A DNA stretch of 52,861 bases, filler included, from Bipalium vagum (Eukaryota), in NCBI GenBank assembly GCA_037834085.1. It is 2 parts of 2 records of this genome, joined end to end, with 100 filler letters (N's around TTAATTAATTAA, not from the genome) between each part and the next. Parts side by side here need not be neighbours in the genome. Positions count along the whole stretch, not along the records: positions 1 to 23,333 come from JBBMKC010210041.1; positions 23,434 to 52,861 come from JBBMKC010028915.1. One strand, given 5' to 3'. The first letter of the stretch is position 1; each line of letters begins with the position of its first letter. This document shows positions 13,739 through 27,060 of the stretch, piece by piece. Position numbers and translations under genes: made by a program. The notes below the pieces were generated by a model that saw only the letters and a list, made by a program, of their open reading frames with translations, ran no database searches and had not been told where the DNA came from.

Positions 13739-14939
13739 ATATATATCTTAGATTGTTTATAAATATTAGTTATTTAATTTTAAAAATTCATTTTGTTAAA
13801 ACTGGTAATTATTAGTTTATTATTAGTGATTGACAGTTTAGATTAATTTCCGGTATATTTATCAAGTTATGCGCAGTTCCGACTTAACACCTTTTTTGCA
13901 TGCATGGTGTGGATAAAAGTTCTGAGATTCTTGCACAAAAATATGAATTAAGATGAAAATTCTAATTCACAGCAAATGAACTATTTAGGTAAACAGAACA
14001 ACCACCTTCGGTTTTCAGGCCAATTGATTTAGTAATGAAAAGAAACCATTTATGAAAAAAGATAATCCATTTTCATTGCAAAAATATCTTGCACTAGTTT
14101 TATGACATTCAGTTTGAGCTTTATTGTTCTCTAAACCTTTTCAAGTATTTGGTTGTTCTGAAAGTCACTTTACCTTTTTATCTTAATTTAAAGCACTAAA
14201 TTCATTTTTAAGCTTAAAAATTTAAAGAAGTGAGATCCGTATCACTGATTTTTTGTATCAAACCCAAAGAAAGATACATGATTGGTATAAAAGAATTAAC
14301 TGGGATATGGTTAAAGACAATTAAACACAACGGATTATATTTTGAGGACTGATTCATATTGTAAATGTCATAATCAATACTGGTTTTGATTTCATATTGT
14401 AGTGACCGCGAACTTTTAGGACACGATAATAATTAGATAATTTCAATAAAGAAATTTAATTAGTCTCGAAAATTTTAAAGCCATTTGAATTGATCAAAAT
14501 AAAATGTATCATCGGCGGATATGTTTGAAAATGCAAAACCAAAGATTACAAAGCATTCAGAAAGTCATTTGGATCATAAGAGGTAGCCATTTTTAAAGCT
14601 ATCCTTGTCTAAATGGCTCAATTTCATATATTGGTGGATTAAAGCAGCACAAATTCAAACTTCAATAAGTCAAAAATATTATTATTTGGTGTTATTCTCT
14701 TTTCAGACATTTGTGTAAACAATATTTCAAATTAAGATACAGTAAAACTTGTTAACTTTGAAACCTCTACAATTTTGGCACCGGCTTTAAGTTGATCTTT
14801 TTAATTTATAAAGTTTGTTAATTTGTTTTTAAGTTACCCCAGTAAAATTTTGGCAAAATGCTCGGTCACAATGATGTAATGCATTTCGTTAGGTGGCACT
14901 ATTACCGTCATCGAAGCGTGGTTTTCTCTCAAAATTAAG

Positions 14940-15320
14940 TATTATCGAGGGAGAGTTTTTCAACATTCAATTTGGACATTTGAATTTGTTGATACTAGCA
15001 CAAAATTTTCATCAAGATTCATGAAAATCGTTCCTAATCAAAATGCAAATACATTTGTCCAGTAATAAAAGATGTGGTTCGACGAGTAAGAATTATTCAT
15101 ATTGATCAGTGGAAAGTCTACAAAAATCTTGACTTATTGGGACTTGGACATAAATCAGTAAATCATTCTATTCCTTTGTTACTCAACAAAGGTGTTTATG
15201 CTCACTCAATTGAGTCTTATTGGAATAAGTAAAAATCACCAATTAAGAAAGTGAAAGGATGCTATGCAGAATTGCTAAATGAATATTTGGAAGAATATCT
15301 TTGGAAATAAAGAATTCACA
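14940..15320 (+). mobile_element. Merlin (IS1595/ISXO2-like) transposase remnant
   Basis: IIHIDQWKVYKNL...HKSVNHS...HSIESYWNK...YLEEYLWK matches the Merlin pattern I.TD.W..Y...H..VNHS...HTN.IE..W...YL.E..W. Frameshifted. Confidence 0.8.
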
Positions 15321-17299
15321 TTAAAAATATGTCAACAATAGTATCACAAAATGTTTTTAATAAAAATTCAATCTTTTTTTTTCATTTAACAATTTTCTTA
15401 AGTGTTTCTTGATGGTTATACATTTGGGATTTTATTAGATGACCGTTATTCATGAAAAAAACTATAGTAGCTATTGTTCAACTTCCATTAGTTTACAGAT
15501 ATTATTATACATAAATCATTCAATATTTGAAAATTTTCATTTATGAAAATTTTTTATATTAATTTTGAGAATAGATCAGAATTAATAATACTCTCTAGTA
15601 TGTTATATCATATTTGGGGCTGCGGAAGTTAACGATCAATTTTAAAATTAAAGATTAAAAATTCGATTAATTGTATTTTGTTTATATATTCCATTTTTAT
15701 TTATATAATCAAAATAAGTTTAAACAGAAATGTGAAAATTTAACTAAGAAATTATTTTTTTAAAATTAATTTTCATTTAAAATAATTACATTGAAAAATT
15801 TAAATGTAGAATTATCTTTAAGTTACAAAAATAAAATATTAAGTATAAAAATTATTCGTTTTGCTAAAGGAATTTCCTTTCATGGTTTCCTGTCAAAGTA
15901 AATAAGATTTTAACATAAAAGAATTAATCAACATTGATTTACGTGATGTAAAATAAAGTGATATTAAAATAGTATTCATTCGGAAAATTTTTTAATGTGA
16001 AAAATAAATAAAATTGAAAAAATATTAGAAAAAAGCTTCACAGAAAATTATATTTTGTATTGAACTTCATCTTCAGTGATCTTTAATTCAAATTTTACAT
16101 TTTCAAGTTTTAAGAAGATCGAGATCAAACATTGCGAAGAACATATAACTAAAGAACTACAGACATTCCCCTTTAATTTATCACTCTCTCAAAAGTCTAT
16201 CCTCTTATTTTTAACATCCTCGAAAATTCTTATCAGAAGTAACTATGTAATCCAAGAATTATATCACTTTTTAACATTTCAGATGAGAGCAGCAGACCAT
16301 TATTTCCCTTAATGTCTTATTAAAAGATGATTAGTATTTGTATAATATTTACCTTTTTTAGATATTTTAGTAAAAATTAAATTTTTAAGAGGATTTATTT
16401 GACGATTAATAAAACAAAAGTAGTGAAACTAAAAATAAAAGATTATTTAATGAAAAAGGCTGTTCGCAAAAATCATTTTTTGTCTTTCATTTCACATTTG
16501 ATAACAATGAGCCTATGAAGCTTCATTGCTAAGTTCCCAGTGCTGTTTGATCTTTGAAACCTGTTAGACAAAATGAGACCAAACTGACATAAGCAAAAAC
16601 AGAAATGCTTGTTTTACTATGGTTAAAAGCGAGTGGGATTAATGATGGGATTTCGTCTGTAGATGTTGGGACTCATCATTCAAGAACTCTTCGAAACATC
16701 CCATCTGAATTGTTACGGTTACTTCACTGTTCATTATAGCACAGCCCCTAAAATCTGTTCTCATTCAACCTTTGAGATTGTTTAAAATCTTTTCAAAATT
16801 AATTAATATTAAGAGATTAAATATACGTAAAAACAAATTATTTATTTTTAATAAACTTTATCTTGAAAATTATGTTTAATGCGAACAAATTTTATGAAAA
16901 TTTTTTTATTTATTTATATTTATGTATTTATGTTTTTTATATATTTAAATAAATATTTGCAAAATTATCACTTTTTTCTTGTTTGCAATTTTGAAGGAAA
17001 TATCTACCTTTCCCTATACCCTTAATATTTATAAATCAGCCTGGCAGAAATTAAACATAAATTATACAGCCTAAGTAAATATATAAAACCATAGATTTAA
17101 GTGAGACTAAAAAGTAATATTTTTTATTTTATTTTAGAAAGAAAAATTATAATTTTTTGCGTTTTAAAAAATGACTTATTATTTTGATGGTAACAATAAT
17201 TTGTTTTTTTCATCAGAAAATGCAAAAATACCAAAATCTACTATCTTTTTTAAAATTATTACTGATAATTAATTGTTTAAGTTTTCTATTAAATTTATA

Positions 17300-18000
17300 A
17301 ATCATTAATCCATTATTTTGCGGAATTTAAAATTTAAATAAAAGAAATTAAGAAATGGCTGATAATAAATATAAACTTGAAGATGACCAAATTAGACATT
17401 GTATGATGTTCCAGTATAATTGTGGTCGTAATTCAAGGATATCAACTGCAAATATCAATTAAATGGATTCCTTAAACGCTTGTAAGTGTCAATGATCGTT
17501 TAATATATTTCGGATAGGAAATTTTGATTTTCAAAATGCTTTAAGAAGTGGTCATCCTTTTCAATTTGATGAAGATGAGTTGCGGTATATTGTGGTAGGT
17601 TTTACTCAAACAAATGAGGAAGTTTCACAAAGGAGAAATATCTCACACGCAACAGTTCTGTGGCACTTGAAATTCATTTGCAAATTTTGGCATTTCGGAA
17701 AACATGTGCCTTATAATCTCAATGATTCGACCAAATTTCTAAAATCTTCGATACGCAGTGTGCATTTAAATCGTTATGAAAGGAGCGGTTTTGGACTGAT
17801 CCATATCGGCGGACGAGAAATGGATTATGCATGACAACACAGTTATGAGTAATCAGTGGTTTTCCATTGGAGAACCATCCAGACAAATTTGTAAAAATAT
17901 ATTGAAAAAAATTTAAGGATCTGGGATGGGAGATTTTCACTCAACGGAATACTCATCAGATTTTCTTCTCTTTAGATCCTTACCATAATTTGAATCTATT
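17300..18000 (+). mobile_element. Degraded mariner, internally deleted
   Basis: IRHCMMFQY N-terminus (~17391), RSGHP..FDED, HVPYNL, ADEKWIMHDN (~17809), LFRSL (~17968). Confidence 0.72.
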
Positions 18001-18004
18001 ATTG

Positions 18005-18946
18005 AAATACCAGTCTTTTTGAATGCCGCAATCATTTTTTGCTTCTGTGACAGCTAGCACTATCCTGCTGATATATGAAATCACTTCCAATGAGCTCCCT
18101 TCCATATTTTGCCACGATTGGAAGTACATTTGATATATAAAATCTTGTATCAAAAGATGTTTTTGTCGGTAAGAATACATGTTTCGTCGGACACTGATAT
18201 ATCAGTCCAACCCATATCATTACTTTCAAAGGATATTTTCTCTTTGGAAAAAGTCCACCATTTAAATTTGCGTCTTTTCTAGACACAGCATAAACAACGT
18301 TGTGTGGATTAAACTGACCATCTGTATCAAAAATTATTTCATCACTAAACATAATTTTGTTCACTCTCTGCTTACTAAATTTTTTTCTTAACCATCATGA
18401 GCTCGTCTTTCGTCTATTGATTTGGGACTCAGTTAGATAGGATACTTTTATTTTCCTGTAGCCCTTAAATCCAAAGCCATTATGTATAATATTTCCAATA
18501 GCTCCTCTTGAACATTTGAAATCTAAAGATAACTTTCTAGCTGATTTCTTTTTTTTGTTTGTTTTAAGGTTTCTGTTGATTTTTTGATAAATGTTTTCGT
18601 TCTTATGATTCTTGGACGTCCAGGGGAATTTCGAGCAAGTAATGATTTTCCCTCTTTTATTAGTTTAGTCCATCTATAAATAGTGGACTTTGGTACCGTT
18701 TTTCCTACAGCTTCATAAATTTCTTCCGGTGTTTTCCCATTTTCATAATGGATTTTATCAATTTTCTTACACAGCTCTCATATGTCACTATCTAAAAGAA
18801 AATATTGCTAAAAATAACGTATGTTTATTTTGCAAGATATTAAAAACCTTGGCTTAAATTAAATTAATTAATCATTCAAATTAAAAAATTTTTAGTTTAA
18901 AAATAATATATTTAAACAATTTATCATTCTTTATTGGCCACCCGTT
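18005..18946 (-). mobile_element. Tc1/maT-like transposon, 3'-truncated
   Basis: ORF 18032-18364 has IMFSDE, KVMIWVG and FIYQQDSASCH. Upstream lies an HTH region with STIYRW...PGRPR; terminus tggccacccgtta at ~18935-18947. Confidence 0.82.
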
Positions 18947-21900
18947 ACATAATCGATTAAATGTTGGTGTGTTAAAAAACACATATATATACATTTTTAG
19001 ATCTTTTGATAAAAACGACATTACTTATGAGTACCCTAAATTAATATTTTAATTCCTTAGGATATCAAAAATAGAAAATGAAACAGTTTGAAATCTTTAA
19101 AGTATATCATTATGAGGGGCCGTATATTAATTGTAGTCAAATAATAATGTTATTCAAGTTAAACATATTTCAAAAAATGGCATTTTAACAAATCTGTATA
19201 TTCAATTTTATATACTTTTAAATGTCATTTGTTCATAAAATCTCTTTGTGCAATCAGTGATCGCTCAAGTGCCTTCGCTATTTGACCTTTAGAGCCTATT
19301 AGACATGTACATTTTAATAGTGCATCATCTTAAATTTCAGCACAAACCCTAACATTTTTACCTTTGAAATTTATCAGACTTTATCAAAATTAACCAATAT
19401 TAATAAATTAAATGCAATTAAAAAACAATTTTATTATTATTATTTCATATAATTTATTGATATATTTATGCTAAAAGATTTGTCTTCGAATTTGTTTGTT
19501 TTGAATTATTGGTTCGAAACTTTTATATTATCACAATAAAAGTAAAAAAATAAATAATATTAATATTATAAATTATTTTATTTTTTATTAATAAGATTTT
19601 AAAATTTATAAAATAATATTGATTTTTATATTTTATAAAAAGTCGATATTTTCCTTTTTTATTAATTATAAAACAGCCCATTGGAAAATAAAAGGTGGAG
19701 GTGAATGAGTAAAAAACTGCAGCTTTTTTAATTAAATAAATATTATTTAGTAACTTTTATTCTCTTTCACGAGATCTCGGTTAAATTTACTGAATTTTAT
19801 TGGGCCCGTGTCCCATGTGAAGATTGTTAATGGCCGTGACCAGTTATCCTTGGACAACGCACTTATCGCTGAAAACGTCCTACCTTTGCCCGTCTGGAGA
19901 TAATCTGAGATTAAGCGCTTTAATCAACATTTTTATTACTGCGTTATCTGTTTTTGTTTTTTCTACAATCACCATGATAAAGATGTGTAGCATTATATTT
20001 GAAAGATTTTTGTTTTAATTTCAACAATTTTTCTTTTTTATTGATTTTTGATGTTTTGCTTTCTTATGAATTTTATTTTATTTTTCTTAATTTTTGCAAA
20101 ATAACATGATTATTCAATTTTTTGTTTAAAATTCCATATGATTTTTTATAATTACAATGATCACAGCTGCTCTAGCAATAACGATTGCCAATTCGAAAAG
20201 ATAATCGATATGGTTTTCAGAACCTCGTTTTTGCAGTGAAAAAATCACCCCTGTAAATGGAAACCCAATCATCAGGTAAATTCATTCTACCTCCAAGTCA
20301 TATTCCATGGATAATAATTGCTCCAGTGATCCATAGAGTAAAGGTAAATGCTGTAGAATTTTGTCGTACGATGGTCATCTACGCAATTCTTTAGTATCTT
20401 TCTCCTGTTATACCAATGGTATCTCTATGAAACCTCTCGGGTATCATTTCATTGACAGATTTCTGGCTTTATGAAATTTTATTTATTTATTTTCTAAAGG
20501 ATTAGTATTAAGACTAATGATTATATATGACGAAGCAAGGTTAAATATGAAAAATAATAATTAAAATTTAATAAAATTTATTAATAATAATATCCACATA
20601 ATAAAATAATATATAAATTTAGAGACGTAGAAATAAGACAAAAATATAATTTAAAATAAATAACATAAAATTTATATTAATTAAAAAATTCAGACGTGAT
20701 AGACATTAAGCCTCTAAATTGCAGAACATTGGAAGGCTTCGTGGTGACTGAAACCCAGTGCCCATAAAACAAGGACTGAACTAATCCTTTGGTGATTTCA
20801 ATTAATTTGGTTTAATAGCAATCTTTTCAGTATCCAATTGAACTAATTGTTAAATCAATGTATATTGAAAGTTACCAAGGTCAATCACCTGGAACCTGTT
20901 GTTTTTCTCCAATATTTATAATCTAAATTAGGCGTCATGGACAACAGTTGAAATTTTTTTTAGAGACATCAAAAAATGTGTTACTTCCACAAAATTCCAA
21001 AGTGTCTCAATGTGACGACACCTTTCACCATATCCAAAGCTAACCCAAGACAGCTGTCTTATAGAAATATATATTCATAATAGAATCCTGGAAACTCCAT
21101 TAAAATATTGAAAGTCTTCCTAAAGTAAAGTTTAAAGAGAGTTTATAAAATATTTTCATCTGACAAGTCAACAGTCTTAATAAAATTATTTTATTATTAT
21201 TTTTTAGAATTTTCATATTTTATTATTTTATTTATTGTCATACTTGAGGGATATTTATAAAAAAAATTAAAGTTTAAAAGTAATTTAAAATTAATTTTTT
21301 CATAAAAATCTTAAATTTAAGAGTAAGTAAAAATTTAAAATGTTGAAAGAATTTGTTTAAATATCGAATCAAAGTATAAAGTTTTAAAATAAAAACCAAA
21401 AAATTTAAATAAAATAATTAATAAAATTTTGTTATTAATGTTTCGAAAAAACTAAAGTTTGTTTAAATATCAAAAACTGAAGCGGCTAATTTGAAAAATT
21501 TAGGACTTATAAAAGTTTAAGTTATTTAAATTTCTTTTTTTGTCTGAAGATATTGCAATAAATAAAAACGGAAATTTTCATATCTCTATAATATTAAAAA
21601 TCACAAACACGGTACCTTTTATATTTATACTTTTATTAATAATATGGATAATCTGTTGTACTCATTGGGAAAAATAAAGAACATCTAAAAATATATTTAT
21701 TTTAAATTAATTAAAAATTAATTATTATTTAATGAAAAATTATAAGTTTTAAAAATTAGTTAACATATTTTAAGATTTTTGAATAAATAATCACATATTA
21801 AAATTTTTTTAGATATTCTATCAATTTTATCATTAAATTATATTTATTTTCATTTATTTAAAAAAATCTTTTTCGTGTTTAGATTTAGGTTAGTGAACCA

Positions 21901-22261
21901 TTTTATTATTTTAATTGAACTATTACTGAAAAAAATAGTTTTAATCGCTTCATGTATCAGCCAATTCGGCACACTAATCGACTCGAGACCTAAAAATCAA
22001 TTGACGGAGGTTCCGATTTGATGATCGACAATGACACTCTAGGAGCACAAAATACATATACCAACGGAATTTCCTGTCCCCAATATAGGAGAACATCAAG
22101 CTTTGACAACTACTGTATCAATTATCCGACCAGGCTGCCCAAAGTAATAAACGCAGTAGAATTACTTGGCTATCAGAATTCCATAGAGTCAAGATTTTCG
22201 AATTTTTTTTATTTCGTATTTTAATTCTAATTATTATATATATATTATTATTATAATAATA

Positions 22262-23230
22262 TTAGGTTGTTCCATAAGTAATTGTACTTTTTTTAATAAA
22301 ATTGTATTAACAAAATTTATTAAAAACATAAAACTTTATAAATCAATATATTCTCCATTATGTTCGATAACTTCTTACCAACGTTCTGTTAATTGGACGA
22401 ATCCACGCTTGTAGAATTCTGGAGGCTGGCTGCTGAAGAAAGCATTGAGATCAGTAAGAAGAGTGTTCCGATTTTTGTAACGCCTACCATCCAAATGATG
22501 TTGCAGCGACCTGAATAAATGGAAATCGTTTGGAGCAAGGTCGGGACTATAGGCAGTATGTGGCAAGATTTCTAAATCAAACTCTCTCAATTTTTATCGA
22601 TTCAGTTTTGCACTGTGAGGGCGGGCGTTATCATGCAACAACATTATGTGATCAGCATTTGGACGCAGACTTCGATAAGCTGCTATCATTTTCTGCAATT
22701 GTTCACAGTATACATTAGCAGTAACTGTGGTATTATTAGGAAGCAGCTCAAGATAAATTATTCCTTTTGAATCCCACCAAACTGACATCAACACCTGTTT
22801 ACCGTGGATTTCATGTTTCAGAATCTTTTTTGGGTTTTCGCGGGTTCAACCAATTGTCGTTTCTTGGTGCTGTTATCGTACCTAACCCATTTTTCATCTT
22901 CAGTAATAATTTAGTCAATCCAAGAAAATGTCTGTCTGCGAGAGAGCAATGAGATTGATATGGCACAACGATTCAATTTTTGCTGATCGGTCAGTTCATG
23001 AGGTATAACTTGACCAAATTGTGGCCTTCTTCCTGAGTTCCTCAGATGACGATGGATAGTAGTTTTTGGTAGATCGAGTGTTGAAGCAAGTTTCCTGACA
23101 CTTGCCATGGGTTCTTCAAAAAGTGCAGATTTGATGGTATCATTAAGATCGATAGAGGGGCATCAAGGCTTTGGTTTTTCTGAAAGATCGAAATCATTTT
23201 TCTTGAACCTTTTGAAATGAGCCTTGGTTG
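22262..23230 (-). mobile_element. Relatively young defective mariner (DD34D)
   Basis: TA followed by TIR ttaggttgttccataag at 22262. Frameshifted ORFs carry VIPHEL, SVWWD.KG, LLHDNARPH and YSPDLAPNDFHLFRSL. The 5' end is cut at 23231. Confidence 0.92.
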
Positions 23231-23232
23231 TA

Positions 23233-23333
23233 CAGGGTGGCCACTAAAAGACTAATCGATGTAAAACAAAAATAACTTTTACAAACACGTGTATTTTTAA
23301 TTTTTTATTGTTTTATTTACAAGTATACATACA
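23233..23333. mobile_element. Terminus of a Tc1-like element inserted into the mariner, running into the gap
   Basis: TA followed by cagggtggccac, a Tc1-type CAG start that resembles the terminus at 18935-18947. Confidence 0.5.
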
Positions 23334-23433
23334 NNNNNNNNNNNNNNNNNNNNNNNNNNNNNNNNNNNNNNNNNNNNTTAATTAATTAANNNNNNNNNNN
23401 NNNNNNNNNNNNNNNNNNNNNNNNNNNNNNNNN
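23334..23433. other. Assembly gap with artificial spacer
   Basis: 44 N + TTAATTAATTAA (stops in all six frames) + 44 N = exactly 100 nt. Confidence 0.95.
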
Positions 23434-23499
23434 TATATATACACTTATGTATATATCACTTATTTAATTGCAATCCTTAACTTACTGGTGAAAATTTTA

Positions 23500-24260
23500 T
23501 ATATTCTCTAAAAAATAAAAAATATATAATATTTTATAATTTATTCAACTATTATTAATAATTTATTTACTAATAATTATATATTATTAATTTATTATTT
23601 ATAAGTTTTTCATAAATATATATATTTCATTTATTTAAAATAACATCAGAAATAATAAAATAATTTTTTTAATTATATTACTTATATTTTATATTATTAA
23701 TAAAAAAATTTAGCTTTCAGAATTTTAATTTAATTTATTTTAAATAATTACTAATGATTTTTTATATATTTTATATTTTATATATTTTTTTTATATATTA
23801 TAATTTATTCAAATATAATTAATGGTTTATTTATTAATAATATTTTTTTTAATTTACACATTTATAATCTTTTTTATAAATATTTATTTTATTTATTTAA
23901 AATAATATATAATATATTTATTTAAACTTTTACTTATTTTTAAAATATTTTATATTTTTAAAAATACAAAAATAATAATTATATATTTTATAATTTCTTC
24001 AACTATTATTGTTGATTTAATTATTATTTATAATATTTTTTTCAAAATATATATATAATATATAATATATAAAAATATATGTAATTTATTTAATCACTAT
24101 CCATAAAATGTATTATAATGTTTTCAACTATTATTAATAATTTATTTACTAATAATTATGTAATATTAATTAATTATTTATAATCTTTTTATAAATATAT
24201 ATGCAATTTTTAAAATAATATATAAAAATAATAAAATAATTTATTTAATAATAATTAATA
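23500..24260. repeat. Ultra AT-rich degenerate repeat block
   Basis: ttcaactattattaataatttatttactaataattat at ~23544 and ~24123 with ~130 bp of continuing similarity; diverged copies near 23808 and 23998. Confidence 0.6.
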
Positions 24261-24671
24261 ATTTAATTTTTTTATTTATTTAATAATTTAACTTTACGAA
24301 TTTACCCTAATTTATGTTAAATAATTTCTGGTGAATCTTACCTTTTATTTTATTAATATAATTTTTATATTATTACCATTCTAAATATGAAATTCCCGTG
24401 GCCCGAAGTTTTCCAGGTCATGTAATCATATCCGGTGGTTCGCGGCGAAAGAGCCCTGAGAAGCAGATTTGAGCTAATATTAATCAAAGCAAGATCAGCT
24501 GTTCGAGGATGCCGACACTTCACCGACTGTTGCGGCTGCGGCCTCCGACATGTCGCATGAGAGACGCACACCGTATTATTCTACACATGCATTGTCTTGA
24601 GCTGGTGACGTTAGCTCATCCGTTGGTTAGATAATGTTTGACTTGCTTTTCACATGTATTCCGTCGCATTG

Positions 24672-24710
24672 TATAAATACGGTCGAAATCCGTTTTCGCA
24701 GATCACAACT
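24672..24710 (+). promoter_or_regulatory. TATA box and putative initiator of the gelsolin-like gene
   Basis: TATAAATA at 24672-24679 within a GC-richer island, TCA at 24703-24705 about 30 nt downstream, ATG at 24717. Confidence 0.65.
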
Positions 24711-24716
24711 GTCAAC

Positions 24717-26378
24717 ATGAAGCTCGTTTTCAAACGTAAGTCATTTTCATTGTCATGACCTTGCTGTCATTTGTCTACGCTGACCACAGGAAATGACAAA
24801 GGATGCGTTGTAGAGACGGCTGTGGTGGACCAGGATTCAGCAGGTCTGGTTAAGGCAAAGAAGTATGACTGGAAAGATTCCAATTTGTCACTGTTTGGTT
24901 CGGATGTAGAAAGGAACGTTAAAAGTATAAAGAAGAATTGAATGAGAAAAGTACTTGATTTTTTGTTAAGAATCTTCTGCAGAAACTGAGAAAGCTTGGA
25001 ATGTAGTCAGATCTGCCACGACCCCTGCAATCTTCGTTTGGAAAATAGAGGTTTGCATTGTTGTTGTCCATACTACTCATAAAGTATTTTGTCAGCAATT
25101 CAAAGTCGTCAGTGTACCGAAAGAAGAATACGGAAAATTTTACAACGGCGATTCATACATCATTCTTAAAATAACAAAAGAGGACGACAAGCCGGAACTG
25201 TTGTACGACATTCACTTCTGGATCGGAAAGCAGAGCTCGCAGGTAATTTAGCTTGGTGTTTCCTTGAAGGTTTAGAACAACGTACCAGGATGAGTATGGA
25301 ACTGCCGCTTATAAGACTGTTGAGCTGGACACTTTACTTGATGACAGAGGCGTTCAACATAGAGAGGTTCAAGGTTTCGAATCAGATCTGTTCAAGTCCT
25401 ATTTTCCGATAATAACGTAATTGGATTTCTTCAGTTGACTTTACCTATCTTCTGTCCCTTCTCCCATCAGTATCATGAAAGGAGGTTCCAAGAGTGGTTT
25501 TCATCACGTTTCACCAGACAAGTATGAACCCAGGCTGTTACACTTTCGTTGTACTGACAGAAAGCACGTGGAACTAGTTGAAGTCAAGTTCTCTAAACAA
25601 GCGTTGAGCTCAGAAGATGTCTATATCTTAGACAACGGTCTCGAGGTCTTTCAGTGGAACGGTAGATTGTCAAATAAGAATGAGAAATATCAAGTTATGA
25701 TTTTCGTGTTATAATTCTCTTTGAAAGTTTAACTTGACACTAAAGGCTGCTCAGTTCTTACAACATTTACAGTCTGATCGTAACGGCCGTTGCAAAGCGG
25801 AAGTGCTAGAGGAGGAAGATGTACCATCATCAGTAAGGACAACTACCATCATGGATACCCATCATTGATTTTAATGATTTAGCACAAGATTTTCAAGCTG
25901 TTGCCCGACACTCCTTGTCACAAGAAAACTACCAGAGACTTTGAAATTACCAAATCCCTTTACAGGTAAAACTGGTGGCCAATAATTCTGTATTATCCTT
26001 TTTCAATTAGACTGTCGGACGAAACGTCGAGAATCTCATTTTCTCTGGTGTCCAGAGGACACCTTTCCAAGTCAATGATAAACGAAAACGTAATCGTCTG
26101 ATATTTTAGCGAAAGTTGAACCATTTCTCTGATTTAAGGATATCTTCATGATTGATAATAGCAAGAGGATGTTCGTATACATTGGCACTAGAGCTTCACA
26201 GATCGAAAAGAAGAATGCCATGTCTTATGCTCATGTAAGGGTGTCATGGGAGGACATTAAATGCTTTATCATTGATTTACTTTAGGAGTACTTGAAAAGT
26301 ACGGATCATCCCCTGATCGGAATCACCTGCTTTCAGTCTGGACAGGAGTCAGAAGATTTTAAGGAACAGTTCGACTAA
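24717..26378 (+). CDS. Gelsolin-like/severin actin-severing protein, three gelsolin repeats, 389 aa; exons 24717-24735, 24790-24924, 24971-25050, 25096-25242, 25289-25416, 25471-25693, 25746-25832, 25883-25965, 26011-26089, 26139-26234, 26286-26378
   Basis: [93 protein letters not shown]. Ten GT-AG introns of 45-54 nt give a continuous 1170 nt frame. Confidence 0.96.
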
Positions 26379-26789
26379 ACCAACCAGGAAGATGTTTTGT
26401 CACTATTTTAAGAGGAACAATTTATACTTCACATCAAAAAGTTTCATTTTCATATTTATATATAATACTTTGACTTTTGTGTGATCCCAAAATATATATT
26501 TATGGTCTATTTTTTTTTATTTTTACATAAAAAATATAAATAATATTTCTCAGGCTGGAGAATGTTACGGCATTTTGCCGACTGTAGACTCCTTCTTTAA
26601 GTCTAAAATAATCCTCATTTGTTAAGGTTTAGAAAATTTCTTAAAGTTACCCCTTGTATGATATTCCTGGAATTCTATTGGATGGTTTCTAGCCAATGTT
26701 GTTGATTGTGTATTTGTATAGATTTTGTGATACTTGGGTTGTTCGGTATGTATTGCAAAAAGGTAAAAAATGTCAAAACCTGAAAATTA

Positions 26790-27060
26790 TTTACATTAAA
26801 CTATTTTATTGGTTTTCAAAATATTTTCCAACGTGTGTACCACTTTTCAAAATGCATCAATAGTATTCTTTGGTGTCAAAAACCTTTTTCAACATAACTT
26901 GTTTTTCAAATATGAGAATAAACAGAAATCGTTAACACTCAAATCAGAACTATGATGATGAGCCATAAGTTCGATTTTTTGAAACCTTAAAGGTCGTTTT
27001 CAGTTATGAGATGTGTAAGCTGGCATTGAAGCAACCAAAGACGAACTTGAGAAACAATGG
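26790..27060 (-). mobile_element. Decayed mariner 3' fragment
   Basis: Minus strand gives FEKWYTRWK (~26826-26852) and DFCLFS (~26910-26930), similar to the mariner C-terminus. Confidence 0.45.

Noticed and set aside
23378-23389. Palindromic TTAATTAATTAA island between N runs
   Set aside because: Symmetric 44N-12-44N six-frame-stop spacer added in scaffolding; not biological. Adjacency across the gap is unverified.
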